Below, piece by piece: positions 18,741 to 27,907 of a DNA stretch of 34,224 nucleotides. Source of the DNA: a virus (taxonomy: Duplodnaviria > Heunggongvirae > Uroviricota > Caudoviricetes). How positions within the stretch are numbered: the first letter of the stretch is position 1; every line of letters begins with the position of its first letter. Location: positions 1 to 34,224 of IMG/VR virus record IMGVR_UViG_2563366968_000004; one strand, written 5' to 3'. The position numbers and the translations under genes were made by a program. The notes under the pieces were generated by a model that was not told the origin of the DNA, did not search any database, and saw nothing but the letters and a program-made list of their open reading frames with translations.

Positions 18741-19283
18741 ATGTACCAGCTAAAGATAACCATCCGAGACAGCAAACCACCTATATGGCGGCGTGTGCTG
18801 GTTCCAGAGCAAATCCCCTTTAGTAAACTTCATGCCGTGATCCAGTTAGCTTTTGGCTGGAATGACGAACACCTGTATATGTTCGAGAAAGGGCGTAAAG
18901 GTGATCCAGGTAGCGAGTATCGCGTATGGGGTGAGGATGAAAGCATGGGTAACGCGGCAATCACGCCACTATGGGCGGCGCTCCAGAATGAGGGTGACAA
19001 GCTGGTTTACACGTATGACTTTGGCGACTGGTGGGATTGCGTCATTGTGCTGGAGAAGCAAACACACGATACGAGTAATCAGCCCATTAGCTGCCTGCGT
19101 GGGAAAGGCACCACCCCGGCGGAAAACTCAGGCGGCTTGCATGGTTACAATGAATTGCTATTACAGGCCAGAGAGTCTGATAATCCTGAGCAGGCCGAGA
19201 TCCACAATTTCCTGATGCTGGATATTGAACGCCGGGTTTACGACCTGAGCCGCATCAACGACAGATTGCAGGCTATTTACTGA
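18741..19283 (+). CDS. Plasmid pRiA4b ORF-3-like family protein (180 aa)
   Basis: N-terminal LKITIRDSKPPIWRRVLVP...FGWNDEHLYMF and the YDFGDWWD motif resemble the pRiA4b ORF-3 family; assignment from memory. Confidence 0.6.
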   Translation: MYQLKITIRDSKPPIWRRVLVPEQIPFSKLHAVIQLAFGWNDEHLYMFEKGRKGDPGSEYRVWGEDESMGNAAITPLWAALQNEGDKLVYTYDFGDWWDCVIVLEKQTHDTSNQPISCLRGKGTTPAENSGGLHGYNELLLQARESDNPEQAEIHNFLMLDIERRVYDLSRINDRLQAIY

Positions 19284-19635
19284 CCCGCATGTATTCACCT
19301 GATATTGCGTTGTCAGCGCCGCCAGTATCGCGCATAACAGCGCACTGACCGGGTAAACCGTAGCGCACGACCGTTGCGTTAGTATCACCGCCGCGCCGTA
19401 TCTGGCGCGATTCATACACTGTCACCCGCTCAAGCAGTCCACCAGCAACCATGCTTTCCAGTGTGCGCCGGGTTGATTCGAGCTGGTGACGCTTATCGAA
19501 CGACACCATGCCATGAAGCAGGTAGGCCACACCCGACACATCGAACGGCGGCGCACCAATCTCACCAGTCACCCATTCGAGGTTATCCGGTTCAAAGTAG
19601 CTAAGTATCTCTTTTTTGCGACTGGTCATTCTCAT
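19273..19635 (-). CDS. Hypothetical protein (120 aa), convergent and overlapping the pRiA4b-ORF3-like gene by 11 nt
   Basis: Clean ORF; no family recognised. Confidence 0.45.
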   Translation of the reverse strand: MRMTSRKKEILSYFEPDNLEWVTGEIGAPPFDVSGVAYLLHGMVSFDKRHQLESTRRTLESMVAGGLLERVTVYESRQIRRGGDTNATVVRYGLPGQCAVMRDTGGADNAISGEYMRVSK

Positions 19636-19753
19636 GGCTGGCTGATTCCTTATTGTGGGATAGCACTATCATACAATAAGTGGGTTAAAGGGAGAGCGTT
19701 ACCGCCTGATATGCTGTATGAATAACAACCAAATTTCAGGGGCGGAAAAAGAT

Positions 19754-19777
19754 ATGGGGGTACTTTTGGGGGTATCT
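19754..19777 (+). repeat. Second copy of the ATGGGGGTACTT(A/T)TGGGGGTAT motif at the satellite/prophage junction
   Basis: 21 of 22 positions identical to 1557-1578; lies in the AT-rich gap between the last satellite gene and the lambdoid integrase. Confidence 0.4.
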
Positions 19778-19862
19778 ATAAAAAATGAACAATAAAAAAG
19801 GCAACAAAAACAAAGATTATCGCCTATGTGTATTGTTCCTATTATCCATTTAAATCAATAAG

Positions 19863-21026
19863 TTACACATCATTAGTACCTTCCTTATTTTTTGACTGGG
19901 ACAAATTTGGGACCGATGGGTTCAGGATCGAGTCTATTTGCCGTGCGTGTTCGGTAAGGTGATTAGGTGCAAGGTGAGCATATCGACGAACCATTTCGAT
20001 AGACTCCCAGCCTCCCATTTCCTGTAACACTGACAACGGGACTCCGGCTTGAACCAGCCAGCTTGCCCAGGTGTGTCTCAAGTCGTGAAATCTGAAATCA
20101 TCAATACCAGCCCGTCTCAGCGCCGCTTTCCAGGCTGTGTTTGCGTCATACCGCATCTTCCTGACCGTTGGCGCTTTCGTTCCGTCTGGTTTGGTACAGC
20201 TTTCCTTGTACACAAATACCCAACGGTGATGATTCCCGATTTGTTTTTTCAATACGCGACATGCAGTATCATTCAGCGCAACGCCAATTGCGCGGTTTGA
20301 TTTACTCTCTTCCGGGTTTATCCATGCCACCCGGCGCTGCATGTCTATTTGTTGCCATTCAAGGTTGATGATGTTCGAGCGTCTTAAGCCTGTTGCCAGT
20401 GCAAATTCAACAACAGACTTTAATGGCTCCGGACATTCATCAATCAGCCTTTGTGCTTCATGGGGCTCCAGCCAGCGGATCCGTTTATTCTTTGGTTGAG
20501 GCACTTTAATAATTGGTGCCTTATCCAGCATTTTCCATTCACGCTCTGCGGCTCTTAGTAGGGCCTTTATAAATGAAAGATGCGTAGCCTTTGTTGCAAC
20601 GGACGCTGGTTTTGGCATGTATTCTGGAACAGGTTTCCCTTTTTTTCTGCATGCTTCTGCCCTGAGTTTCCAGTTTTCCTCATGACGCCGGTTCGTCATT
20701 TTCTGCATTGCTGAATAAATTTTTGATTCAGTAATGTCTCTTAGTTGCATTCCTGCGAAATGTTGAAGCCAGAATCCGATCCGGCTTTTGTCATCGTCCA
20801 GTGATTTTTTATGTGCTTTCTCTTCGAGCCACCTGATACACGCCTCCTCGAACGTCATATCAGGTATTTCACCAAGTTTGCTGACCCGCCATGCTTCAGC
20901 CTTTAGCTTGTCATGGAGCTCTGTCGCCTGCCTTTTGTCCTTTGTTCCAAGAGACTGTTTAAATCTTTTACCGTTCGGCAATGTGAAACTGGCGTACCAT
21001 ATTTCACCTCTGCGGAAGAGTGACAT
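19863..21026 (-). CDS. intR: Lambdoid prophage tyrosine integrase (Rac IntR-like), 387 aa
   Basis: Translation recognised as closely related to Rac-type IntR ([46 protein letters not shown]..., ...[18 protein letters not shown]...RYAHLAP). Confidence 0.9.
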   Translation of the reverse strand: MSLFRRGEIWYASFTLPNGKRFKQSLGTKDKRQATELHDKLKAEAWRVSKLGEIPDMTFEEACIRWLEEKAHKKSLDDDKSRIGFWLQHFAGMQLRDITESKIYSAMQKMTNRRHEENWKLRAEACRKKGKPVPEYMPKPASVATKATHLSFIKALLRAAEREWKMLDKAPIIKVPQPKNKRIRWLEPHEAQRLIDECPEPLKSVVEFALATGLRRSNIINLEWQQIDMQRRVAWINPEESKSNRAIGVALNDTACRVLKKQIGNHHRWVFVYKESCTKPDGTKAPTVRKMRYDANTAWKAALRRAGIDDFRFHDLRHTWASWLVQAGVPLSVLQEMGGWESIEMVRRYAHLAPNHLTEHARQIDSILNPSVPNLSQSKNKEGTNDV

Positions 21027-21253
21027 TTTCTTTCCTCTGTTATGCCATCACCCGCGCTCACCAGGACAGTATGCAGCGGAGACTGAAGCGCCGCAATGCA
21101 GGCTTGTCGTGTTGTGAGGTAAGGAGATTTTAGTTTAGTGGGGTCTTTGCGTGTTGCCTGTAGGCGGCCTGTTCGTATCCAGTTGGTAGCGGTAGGTCTG
21201 GATATCTTGAGAAACTGACAGGCCTCATCGAGTGTGAGGCTGTATGGCTCCAT
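20903..21253 (-). CDS. xis: Excisionase (Xis-like HTH), start at internal ATG 21253
   Basis: [33 protein letters not shown] is an excisionase-type HTH. ATG has a GAGGTG RBS and a TAATG overlap with the upstream gene; 3' end overlaps int. Confidence 0.6.
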   Translation of the reverse strand: MEPYSLTLDEACQFLKISRPTATNWIRTGRLQATRKDPTKLKSPYLTTRQACIAALQSPLHTVLVSAGDGITEERKCHSSAEVKYGTPVSHCRTVKDLNSLLEQRTKGRRQSSMTS

Positions 21254-21558
21254 TATTTCACCTCTTGCTGTGTCATTGTTGAAAAATGGATACCAGCTCG
21301 TTGCTGCCAGACGATCCAACCGAGAGTCATATCCCATGCCATGTATTCGTTATCGCCGTTTTTTGCTCTCCGACGATCTACTAAGTCACCGAAACGCTTT
21401 TCCATGAATAATTCATAGGCTTCGCGTTCATCTGGCTCTACTTCCAGAGATACGAGTGCGATTTCATAAGCACGGCGCTCAATATCGTCTCGAACCTCTA
21501 GGCTGCTGATTCGTTCTTTGATTTCTTTAATCAGTTCTTTATTGGTAAATGTGGTCAT
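21253..21558 (-). CDS. Hypothetical early protein (101 aa), Rac YdaC-like
   Basis: Position between xis and the next early genes; resemblance to small Rac early proteins is tentative. Confidence 0.5.
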   Translation of the reverse strand: MTTFTNKELIKEIKERISSLEVRDDIERRAYEIALVSLEVEPDEREAYELFMEKRFGDLVDRRRAKNGDNEYMAWDMTLGWIVWQQRAGIHFSTMTQQEVK

Positions 21559-21920
21559 TATGCTCCAGCCTCCGGTGCTTTTGGCATTACTGCCCAGTGA
21601 GTGATATTGACGTTTTCAAGGTCCCCGACCTGAAATGTCCACTGCCATTCTCCGGTTTCTTTTTGTCCCCAGGTGTACCAGAGAGAACGCCAGCCAATCA
21701 GCCAGCCTTCTCCATTAGCATCAAATAACAGAACACTTTCATTTGCTGGTGGCAGTTCAGCTGACACTGGTATTATTTTGTTTTCCAGTGCCGCACATTT
21801 AGCTTCAAGCGCGTCGAATTTACGTACCAGGTACTCAGCATTTGTTTCGTTCACTTTCAGATCTCGCGGTACACATTTCCCGCGAAGAAACCCTTCCATT
21901 TCGAAAACATTCATGCGCAT
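21558..21920 (-). CDS. DUF551-like phage protein (120 aa)
   Basis: C-terminal W-rich motif (WYTWGQKETGEWQWTF...THWAVMP) typical of DUF551; ATGA overlap with the downstream gene. Confidence 0.55.
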   Translation of the reverse strand: MRMNVFEMEGFLRGKCVPRDLKVNETNAEYLVRKFDALEAKCAALENKIIPVSAELPPANESVLLFDANGEGWLIGWRSLWYTWGQKETGEWQWTFQVGDLENVNITHWAVMPKAPEAGA

Positions 21921-22447
21921 TTGCGTAACTCCGATAAATCGTTAAAACGTTCCATAAACATCCCGTAGGCATGACCCGGTGCCAGTGGAATCACGTTGAA
22001 CATCTCTGTTGCCGGGATGCCTTCCAGTACAGGCCAGAAAGAGCCATCATCAAGCCCGAGATCGCGGCGTTCGGTTGCCAGCATGATGAGATCGGCATAT
22101 TTCACGGGTGTACTCATAACTGGGGGTAACCCGTATTTCTCACGGATTACGGCGTCTATTTTTTCTTCCATCCGTTTATAGTCAGGAAGAAGGCGTTTCA
22201 GTGGTGCGGGAATGTCCTGGCAATACGCTTCTGTTGCATCATGCATTAACGCTTCAAAAGCAAATTCCTGCGGCACCAGCTGGCTGCAAAGAACCGCATG
22301 TTGGGCGACGCTGTAGAAGTGCGAAAGATGACCGGCAAAGCGACAGATATTTGAAAGGGAAACCGCGATATCGTTAATATCGATGTCGTCTTTATTTATC
22401 TTGTCATAATAAAAATGCTTCCCGGAAAAAGTTTTAATAAATGACAT
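21911..22447 (-). CDS. HD-domain phosphohydrolase (YfdR-like 5'-deoxynucleotidase), 178 aa from ATG 22447
   Basis: HD motif in ...FEALMHDATEAYCQDIP...; GGAG RBS 8 nt upstream of the internal ATG (MSFIKTF...). Matches CPS-53 YfdR in size and sequence. Confidence 0.8.
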   Translation of the reverse strand: MSFIKTFSGKHFYYDKINKDDIDINDIAVSLSNICRFAGHLSHFYSVAQHAVLCSQLVPQEFAFEALMHDATEAYCQDIPAPLKRLLPDYKRMEEKIDAVIREKYGLPPVMSTPVKYADLIMLATERRDLGLDDGSFWPVLEGIPATEMFNVIPLAPGHAYGMFMERFNDLSELRKCA

Positions 22448-22574
22448 TTTGTTCTCCACGTATATGCACTGCACCGCGCTGAATTCTGGTAAAAGGAAGC
22501 CCTCACCATCCGGTGATTATTGAGTTAATTACGTTTCCATAAATGCCCCCGCAGGGGCATTTGCAGTAATGAAA

Positions 22575-23399
22575 TCAGGCGGTGAAAGTACCAATAAAGG
22601 TTTCTACTTTGCTGTCTTTGAATTTCTCAACAAGCAGATCACGAAATTCGTTAGCCATTTCTTCCTGCACCGCTTCCAGCTGAATAATGCGCAGAACCAG
22701 TACAGGACGATCGCCAGTGATAATGCTGAGGCGTAATTTAAACGGACGTTCTTTCAGACCTTCAAACGGAACGCATTTAAATTCAAATGTCACTGGCATA
22801 ATGTCTTTGGTCTTCGCTTCGACAGACTCCATCAGGGAGCGTTTGCCGCTGAAGTCATTATCTTCAAAATCAGCGGTCTGGTTCGCTTCAATTGTGATTT
22901 TACGGATCGCCGCAGCCGCTTTGGTTGCCTGAATGGCGTCACCATTAGCATCAAAGCCCACAAGGTAGTCGGCCCAGTCTTCAATCCATTCTGCCAGTGA
23001 CTTCTGGGAGTTACGCTCGCCGTTAACAGACAACAGGGCAGAGAACGGTGCTGTCTTTTTCAGTTTGAGAGTGGCGGTGTTATCTGCGTGACCTGGTTCA
23101 TCAATAGTACCCAGGTTAAGCACACTGACGGCTCGCATATTATCGGCATCGATAAAGCAGCGGGTGCCTTCATCTGCAAGATCTTTAGAATAACGGGTAA
23201 AGTCATCGATGCTGGCAGTGGAAAGCGCACCACGGAAACGGAAGCGATTTAAATTAAATTTTTCCAGATCATGAATGCGGAAATTCTCAGGCAATGCCAC
23301 AGCATCGGCACCAATCTTACTGATAATTTCATTAACACCCTGAGCAGAAATAAGGGCATGGATTTGATTAATTGCGGTTGCGTCTAAGTTCTGAGACAT
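22575..23399 (-). CDS. DUF2303 family protein (YfdQ-like), 274 aa
   Basis: Translation recognised as YfdQ-like; same gene order as the CPS-53 yfdP-yfdQ-yfdR cluster. Confidence 0.75.
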   Translation of the reverse strand: MSQNLDATAINQIHALISAQGVNEIISKIGADAVALPENFRIHDLEKFNLNRFRFRGALSTASIDDFTRYSKDLADEGTRCFIDADNMRAVSVLNLGTIDEPGHADNTATLKLKKTAPFSALLSVNGERNSQKSLAEWIEDWADYLVGFDANGDAIQATKAAAAIRKITIEANQTADFEDNDFSGKRSLMESVEAKTKDIMPVTFEFKCVPFEGLKERPFKLRLSIITGDRPVLVLRIIQLEAVQEEMANEFRDLLVEKFKDSKVETFIGTFTA

Positions 23400-23464
23400 A
23401 ATAAGTCCTCACTATATAAAGATATTCAGTGATGAGATAAATAATCAGTTTATTAAGAACGATA

Positions 23465-23827
23465 TTAATGACCTGCTGCGCGTAGTTTTCCGTCAGGTTC
23501 ACCGGCAAGAGTCAGTAATTGTCCCTGGTCTTCCTGCAGAATAGTCAGGCGACCACCGCGATTGACATACATCGGCGTTTCGGTGGTGTCTTCTTCGGAA
23601 ATTTTCCCGCGGTTAGTTGGGCGAACATATGAGAGTTTGTGTTTGATTTTCACACGGTTCTCATCAAACGGTTCGATTTCCAGGTTGAGCGAGACCTTAC
23701 CTTTGGTTTTCGTGTTCATCACACCGGAAGCGACTTCACTGAGAACAGCGCCGATTTTGGTTTCAAATACGCCGCCGTCCAGCTCCCCGATAAATGCCTG
23801 CACATCAGTACTGCGTTCGCTAGCCAT
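23465..23827 (-). CDS. YfdP-like protein (120 aa from ATG 23827)
   Basis: GAGGAG RBS upstream of the internal ATG (MASERSTDVQAFIGELDGG...); the longer ORF to 24058 has an implausible N-terminus. Confidence 0.65.
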   Translation of the reverse strand: MASERSTDVQAFIGELDGGVFETKIGAVLSEVASGVMNTKTKGKVSLNLEIEPFDENRVKIKHKLSYVRPTNRGKISEEDTTETPMYVNRGGRLTILQEDQGQLLTLAGEPDGKLRAAGH

Positions 23828-24529
23828 TTTGCTGCTCCTCATCATATCGACCCTGCAAGGTCGGTTGGTTTCTCCACAAAACAGAGAAGAACACCTGCGG
23901 TGACTGCCGCCCGGATGGATTGGGTTATGAGCCCGTCGTCCGGTGATTCTCTTCTCTGTTTTGTAAAAAGAGCGGTACCAGCCGGAAGCAAGGGTACAAA
24001 CTGGTACCGCCAAAGCAGTGGCTGTTGTGGTGGGGTTGTCACTCAGGCGTATGGTCAACCTGACAATCCGGTGCCCTCAACGGGGAAAGAGTAACCCCGC
24101 CATACTTACCGCCGCGCCATTTCGCGGATTACCACAACGCTGAGAGCACTTAGCCAGTTACGGCACCACACTTTGTCGCGGCTCCATAAATGCCCTCATC
24201 GTTGCACCCTGGTCTCTTCCCAGGCGTCAAACCGAATCGCCACGCTGGTTAGGCGTCTTATCAGCATCATCATTGACTTGCACATTCCGGCTACCTGGTT
24301 TGTTTGCCCGAGCAAGGAGTGGATTGTCCCCTTTAACGTCCCCAGACCGCTAACGACGCATGTGCCATACGCCGTGTTACAACCAAATTTTGTTAGTACC
24401 TTGTTTGTTTGTCTGGAAAGAAAGATAAAATGAAGTTGCGCATTATGCAAGTGTTTTTGTTGCGAGATATGCAATTTAAAGGGTAATGAAAAGCCACCTT
24501 TGGGTGGCTAATTGATGAGGAGGTAAGGG

Positions 24530-25222
24530 TTAATTGTGTCGCTTAAGGGTTTGTGACTGGCTGATTAAGACCTTTCCAAAGACCATAAACCGGTGTTCAT
24601 TTTCGCTGGTAATTCCCCATTCACGGTAAATCTGGTTATCAGAAATCACCAGTAGTTTGTCAGGTATCATTTGCAGTCGTTTGACATAAATTTTATCATC
24701 AAAACCAAATACATAGATACCATCTCCATCAAACTGATTGATACTGACATCAACGAAGATGAGATCTCCTGGCTCAATGGTTGGACACATACTGTCCCCA
24801 CGAACGTTGATAACTTTAATGTGATTGGCTGGCCGTCCGCCAAACATCGATACAGCATTATCAGTTCTGTATTCAATGGCATGAATCACATCAATGACAT
24901 CACCGCCCTGGATAAGGCCATTTCCCGCACTGGCACTGACATCCAGCATTTCAATACGGAATACATCCTTCACCTGCGCAACATCCTCACTAATACTGTT
25001 TTTACATACAGTATTACTTTTGACGTCTGAGGTAAAGAGATCAGCAATATCAACACCTAAGCTCCTGGCAATATTACTCAGGGCTTGTTCAGTGAATTGT
25101 TTCTGCTTACCTGTTTCCAGGCGTGAGATATTCGCCGCATCCACTCCTATTGCTTCAGCGAGATCGGCGATTTTCATGTTCTTCGCCTGGCGAAGTTGTC
25201 TGACTCGGTTTCCTATGTTCAT
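24530..25222 (-). CDS. cI: CI-like prophage repressor (N-terminal XRE HTH + C-terminal S24 LexA-like peptidase), 230 aa
   Basis: HTH (MKIADLAEAIGVDAANISRLETGKQ), S24 motifs (RGDSMCPTIEPGDLIFVD, Ser nucleophile; YVKRL, Lys); divergent from the cro-like gene. Confidence 0.85.
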   Translation of the reverse strand: MNIGNRVRQLRQAKNMKIADLAEAIGVDAANISRLETGKQKQFTEQALSNIARSLGVDIADLFTSDVKSNTVCKNSISEDVAQVKDVFRIEMLDVSASAGNGLIQGGDVIDVIHAIEYRTDNAVSMFGGRPANHIKVINVRGDSMCPTIEPGDLIFVDVSINQFDGDGIYVFGFDDKIYVKRLQMIPDKLLVISDNQIYREWGITSENEHRFMVFGKVLISQSQTLKRHN

Positions 25223-25319
25223 GCGTTTATTACATTTCTTTATTGCGCGTTAAGCAAATCAACTTGCGCAAAATATTTGCGTGAAATAATATGCTCATCA
25301 CGCAATATGTGGAGGTCAT
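25223..25319. promoter_or_regulatory. Immunity-region operators/promoters (TTGCG...CGCAA palindromes between cI and cro)
   Basis: CGCAAAATATTTGCG and TTGCGTGA-N13-TCACGCAA inverted repeats read directly between the divergent repressor genes. Confidence 0.5.
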
Positions 25320-25580
25320 ATGCAATCACCATTACGGAATGTGCGTAAGGCGCACGGATTTACTTTGCAGCATGTTGCTGCTGGCGTTCAGGTCAATCCA
25401 GCGACGCTGAGTCGTATTGAAAGACTGGAACAAATTCCATCTATCGATCTTGCAGAACGTCTGGCCAATTTTTTTAAGGGTGAAATCAGCGAAATGCAGA
25501 TTCTTTATCCGGCACGTTTTCAATCTAGCCAAAACCAGAATGGGTTTAAACCACAGGAACAGGAGGTAAGCCGTGGGTAA
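25320..25580 (+). CDS. cro: Cro-like HTH regulator (86 aa)
   Basis: GGAGG RBS 5 nt upstream; HTH (FTLQHVAAGVQVNPATLSRIE); divergent from cI. Confidence 0.65.
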   Translation: MQSPLRNVRKAHGFTLQHVAAGVQVNPATLSRIERLEQIPSIDLAERLANFFKGEISEMQILYPARFQSSQNQNGFKPQEQEVSRG

Positions 25581-26130
25581 TCATCACTGGAAAGTGGAAA
25601 AACAGCCTGAGTGGTACGTGAAAGCTGTCAGAAAAACTATCGCGGCGTTGCCGGGGGGTTACGCTGAAGCTGCTGAGTGGCTGGATGTAACAGAGAACGC
25701 ATTATTTAACCGCCTTCGTGCCGATGGCGATCAGATTTTCCCGCTGGGATGGGCAATGATTTTACAACGTGCTGGTGGCACTCACTTCATTGCCGACGCT
25801 GTGGCGCAGTCTGCAAATGGCGTCTTTGTGTCTCTTCCTGACGTCGAGGATGTGGACAATGCCGATATTAACCAGCGTTTACTGGAAGTCATTGAACAGA
25901 TCGGCAGTTATTCAAAACAGATTCGTTCGGCAATCGAAGACGGTGTAGTGGAACCGCATGAGAAGACAGCAATTAACGACGAGCTGTACCTCTCAATTTC
26001 GAAGCTGCAGGAGCATGCAGCACTTGTCTACAAAATTTTTTGCGTTTCAGAAAGTAATGACGCCCGCGAGTGTGCAGCTCCGGGCGTCGTGGCGTCGATT
26101 GCTTCTGGTTGTGGAGAAACTAACGCATGA
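25573..26130 (+). CDS. Phage regulatory protein, CII-like (185 aa)
   Basis: Position directly after cro; weak resemblance to CII/CP76-type regulators. Assignment tentative. Confidence 0.45.
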   Translation: MGNHHWKVEKQPEWYVKAVRKTIAALPGGYAEAAEWLDVTENALFNRLRADGDQIFPLGWAMILQRAGGTHFIADAVAQSANGVFVSLPDVEDVDNADINQRLLEVIEQIGSYSKQIRSAIEDGVVEPHEKTAINDELYLSISKLQEHAALVYKIFCVSESNDARECAAPGVVASIASGCGETNA

Positions 26131-26465
26131 ACAGTTTAACAACACACTACCGTCGCTCGCAACTGATTGCGCTTCCTGTACCGGGTGGAAAAGCGAAGGT
26201 GGAGTATTGCTATGCAGTAAATGTACCAGGTGACAGGGAAATTGTAACCCACAGCTTTGCTGAGTGGGCTGTGGGAGATTTCAACCGGCAGAAGGAGACA
26301 GTCCTTTGCGACAAGTTAACCGCTGGTTCAAAGATCACTACGGAGTGCCCGTCAGAGTCATTCGTTGGGAGCCGGAAACACAACGGGTTATCTACCTCCG
26401 TGAAGGCTATGAGCATGAGTGCTTCAGCCCGCTCGAACAGTTTCGTCGTAAATTCAGGGAAATAG
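26127..26465 (+). CDS. Hypothetical ORF (112 aa); 3' two-thirds overlap the DUF4222 frame
   Basis: ATGA overlap with the upstream gene suggests a real start, but the C-terminal half is Ser-rich and overlaps a better ORF in another frame. Confidence 0.3.
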   Translation: MNSLTTHYRRSQLIALPVPGGKAKVEYCYAVNVPGDREIVTHSFAEWAVGDFNRQKETVLCDKLTAGSKITTECPSESFVGSRKHNGLSTSVKAMSMSASARSNSFVVNSGK

Positions 26466-26485
26466 AGGTCGGTCATGAGCACTAA
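26264..26485 (+). CDS. DUF4222 family protein (73 aa from GTG 26264; possible TTG start at 26306)
   Basis: [45 protein letters not shown] matches the family pattern; paralog of the satellite ORF at 4726-4908. Confidence 0.5.
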   Translation: MGCGRFQPAEGDSPLRQVNRWFKDHYGVPVRVIRWEPETQRVIYLREGYEHECFSPLEQFRRKFREIEVGHEH

Positions 26486-27416
26486 ATTAACCGGCTATGT
26501 ATGGGATGGTTGCGCTGCGTCAGGCATGAAATTATCCAGCGTGGCAATTATGGCCCGCCTGGCTGATTTCAGTAATGACGAAGGTGTGTGCTGGCCATCA
26601 ATTGAAACTATTGCCCGTCAGATTGGCGCGGGGATGAGTACCGTCAGAACGGCTATCGCACGGCTGGAAGCAGAAGGCTGGTTAACGCGTAAGGCGCGTC
26701 GCCAGGGTAACCGCAATGCGTCGAATGTTTATCAGCTTAACGTTGCGAAGCTTCAGGCAGCGGCATTTTCTCAACTGTCAGATTCTGACCCGTCAAAATC
26801 TGACGCATCAAAATCTGACACGTCAAAATTTGATGCGTCGAAATCTGGCAAAAAAGCGGGTTTTCACCCGTCAGAATCTGGCGGGGATCCGTCAGTAAAA
26901 TCAAAACATGATCCGTCAGATAAAAAACCTTCTCGTCCGGACGCTTCGCAACCGGACACGCAGACGGCTGAACAGGATTTTTTAACTCGCCATCCTGATG
27001 CGGTTGTATTCAGCCCTAAAAAGCGCCAGTGGGGAACGCAGGATGATTTGACCTGCGCACAGTGGCTCTGGAAAAAAATCATTGCCCTGTACGAGCAGGC
27101 CGCCGAATGTGACGGCGAGGTGGTTCGTCCCAAAGAACCGAACTGGACAGCATGGGCAAACGAAATTCGCCTGATGTGTGTGCAGGATGGTCGTACTCAC
27201 AAACAAATCTGCGAGATGTACAGCCGCGTCAGCCGCGATCCGTTCTGGTGCCGTAACGTGCTCAGCCCGTCGAAGTTGCGGGAAAAATGGGATGAGCTTT
27301 CCCTGCGCTTATCGCCGTCCGTCAGCACGCACACAGAAAAACGTGAAGACCCGTACTTCAAAGCCAGTTACGACAACGTGGACTACAGCCAGATCCCGGC
27401 AGGATTCAGGGGGTGA
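26475..27416 (+). CDS. Replication initiation protein (N-terminal HTH, low-complexity linker encoded by iterons, C-terminal DnaT-like domain), 313 aa
   Basis: N-terminal winged-HTH-like region; internal DNA iterons encode an SK/SD-rich linker; C-terminal domain resembles DnaT-like phage replication proteins. Position equals lambda O. Confidence 0.7.
   Translation: MSTKLTGYVWDGCAASGMKLSSVAIMARLADFSNDEGVCWPSIETIARQIGAGMSTVRTAIARLEAEGWLTRKARRQGNRNASNVYQLNVAKLQAAAFSQLSDSDPSKSDASKSDTSKFDASKSGKKAGFHPSESGGDPSVKSKHDPSDKKPSRPDASQPDTQTAEQDFLTRHPDAVVFSPKKRQWGTQDDLTCAQWLWKKIIALYEQAAECDGEVVRPKEPNWTAWANEIRLMCVQDGRTHKQICEMYSRVSRDPFWCRNVLSPSKLREKWDELSLRLSPSVSTHTEKREDPYFKASYDNVDYSQIPAGFRG
26780..26930 (+). 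repeat. Origin-like iteron array inside the replication gene (about 15-bp unit CGTCAAAATCTGAC(G/A), 4 good and about 4 degenerate copies)
   Basis: Tandem copies at 26791, 26806, 26821 and 26836, with degenerate copies at 26868, 26889 and 26914, followed by an A-rich stretch. Confidence 0.5.
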
Positions 27417-27418
27417 TC

Positions 27419-27907
27419 ATGAGTCTTTTGAATGACGTTCAGAAATTCATTGAAGCCCATCCGGGCTGTACTTCCGGAGACATTGCGGATGCTTTTGCAG
27501 GTTACTCACGGCAGCGCGTTCTGCAGTCAGCAAGCAAGTTACGTCAGAGTGGGCGTGTGGCTCACCGTTGTGAAGGAGATACACGCAGACATTTCCCGCG
27601 CCTGACTGAGAGAGCGCAGGAGCCGGAACCACAATCTGTTCGTGAAACCAGACCTGTGCGCAATTTCTATGTCGGCACTAACGACCCCCGGGTGATTTTG
27701 TGCCTGACCCGCCAGGCGGAAGAACTGGAGTCCAGGGGCTTATACCGTCGTGCTGCAACGGTGTGGATGGCGGCATTCCGTGAAAGCCACTCCCAGCCAG
27801 AACGAAACAATTTTCTGGCGCGTCGTGAACGGTGTTTACGGAAAAGCAGTAAGCGGGCTGCATCAGGTGAAGAGTGGTACCTCTCAGGGAATTACGTGGG
27901 GGCTTAA
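27419..27907 (+). CDS. Protein with C-terminal PerC-like domain (162 aa from ATG 27419)
   Basis: C-terminal QAEELESRGLYRRAATVWMAAF parallels the PerC signature at 17856-18137; start is coupled to the upstream stop. Confidence 0.6.
   Translation: MSLLNDVQKFIEAHPGCTSGDIADAFAGYSRQRVLQSASKLRQSGRVAHRCEGDTRRHFPRLTERAQEPEPQSVRETRPVRNFYVGTNDPRVILCLTRQAEELESRGLYRRAATVWMAAFRESHSQPERNNFLARRERCLRKSSKRAASGEEWYLSGNYVGA

Noticed and set aside
19640-19862. Search for a ttcA fragment (the Rac attachment gene) or a duplicated thrW 3' end at the prophage left junction
   Set aside because: Neither is recognisable by eye; the flanking ORF (19273-19635) does not resemble TtcA. The att core therefore stays unassigned.
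24060-24529. Small ORFs 24173-24433 (plus) and 24196-24474 (minus) between the YfdP-like gene and cI, considered as an N-like antiterminator
   Set aside because: No arginine-rich N-terminal motif, no convincing RBS, and the two ORFs overlap each other on opposite strands.
26780-26930. Tandem repeats considered as a possible CRISPR array
   Set aside because: Units are about 15 bp, directly abutting with no spacers, lie inside a protein-coding gene, and no cas genes are nearby; they fit replication-origin iterons.
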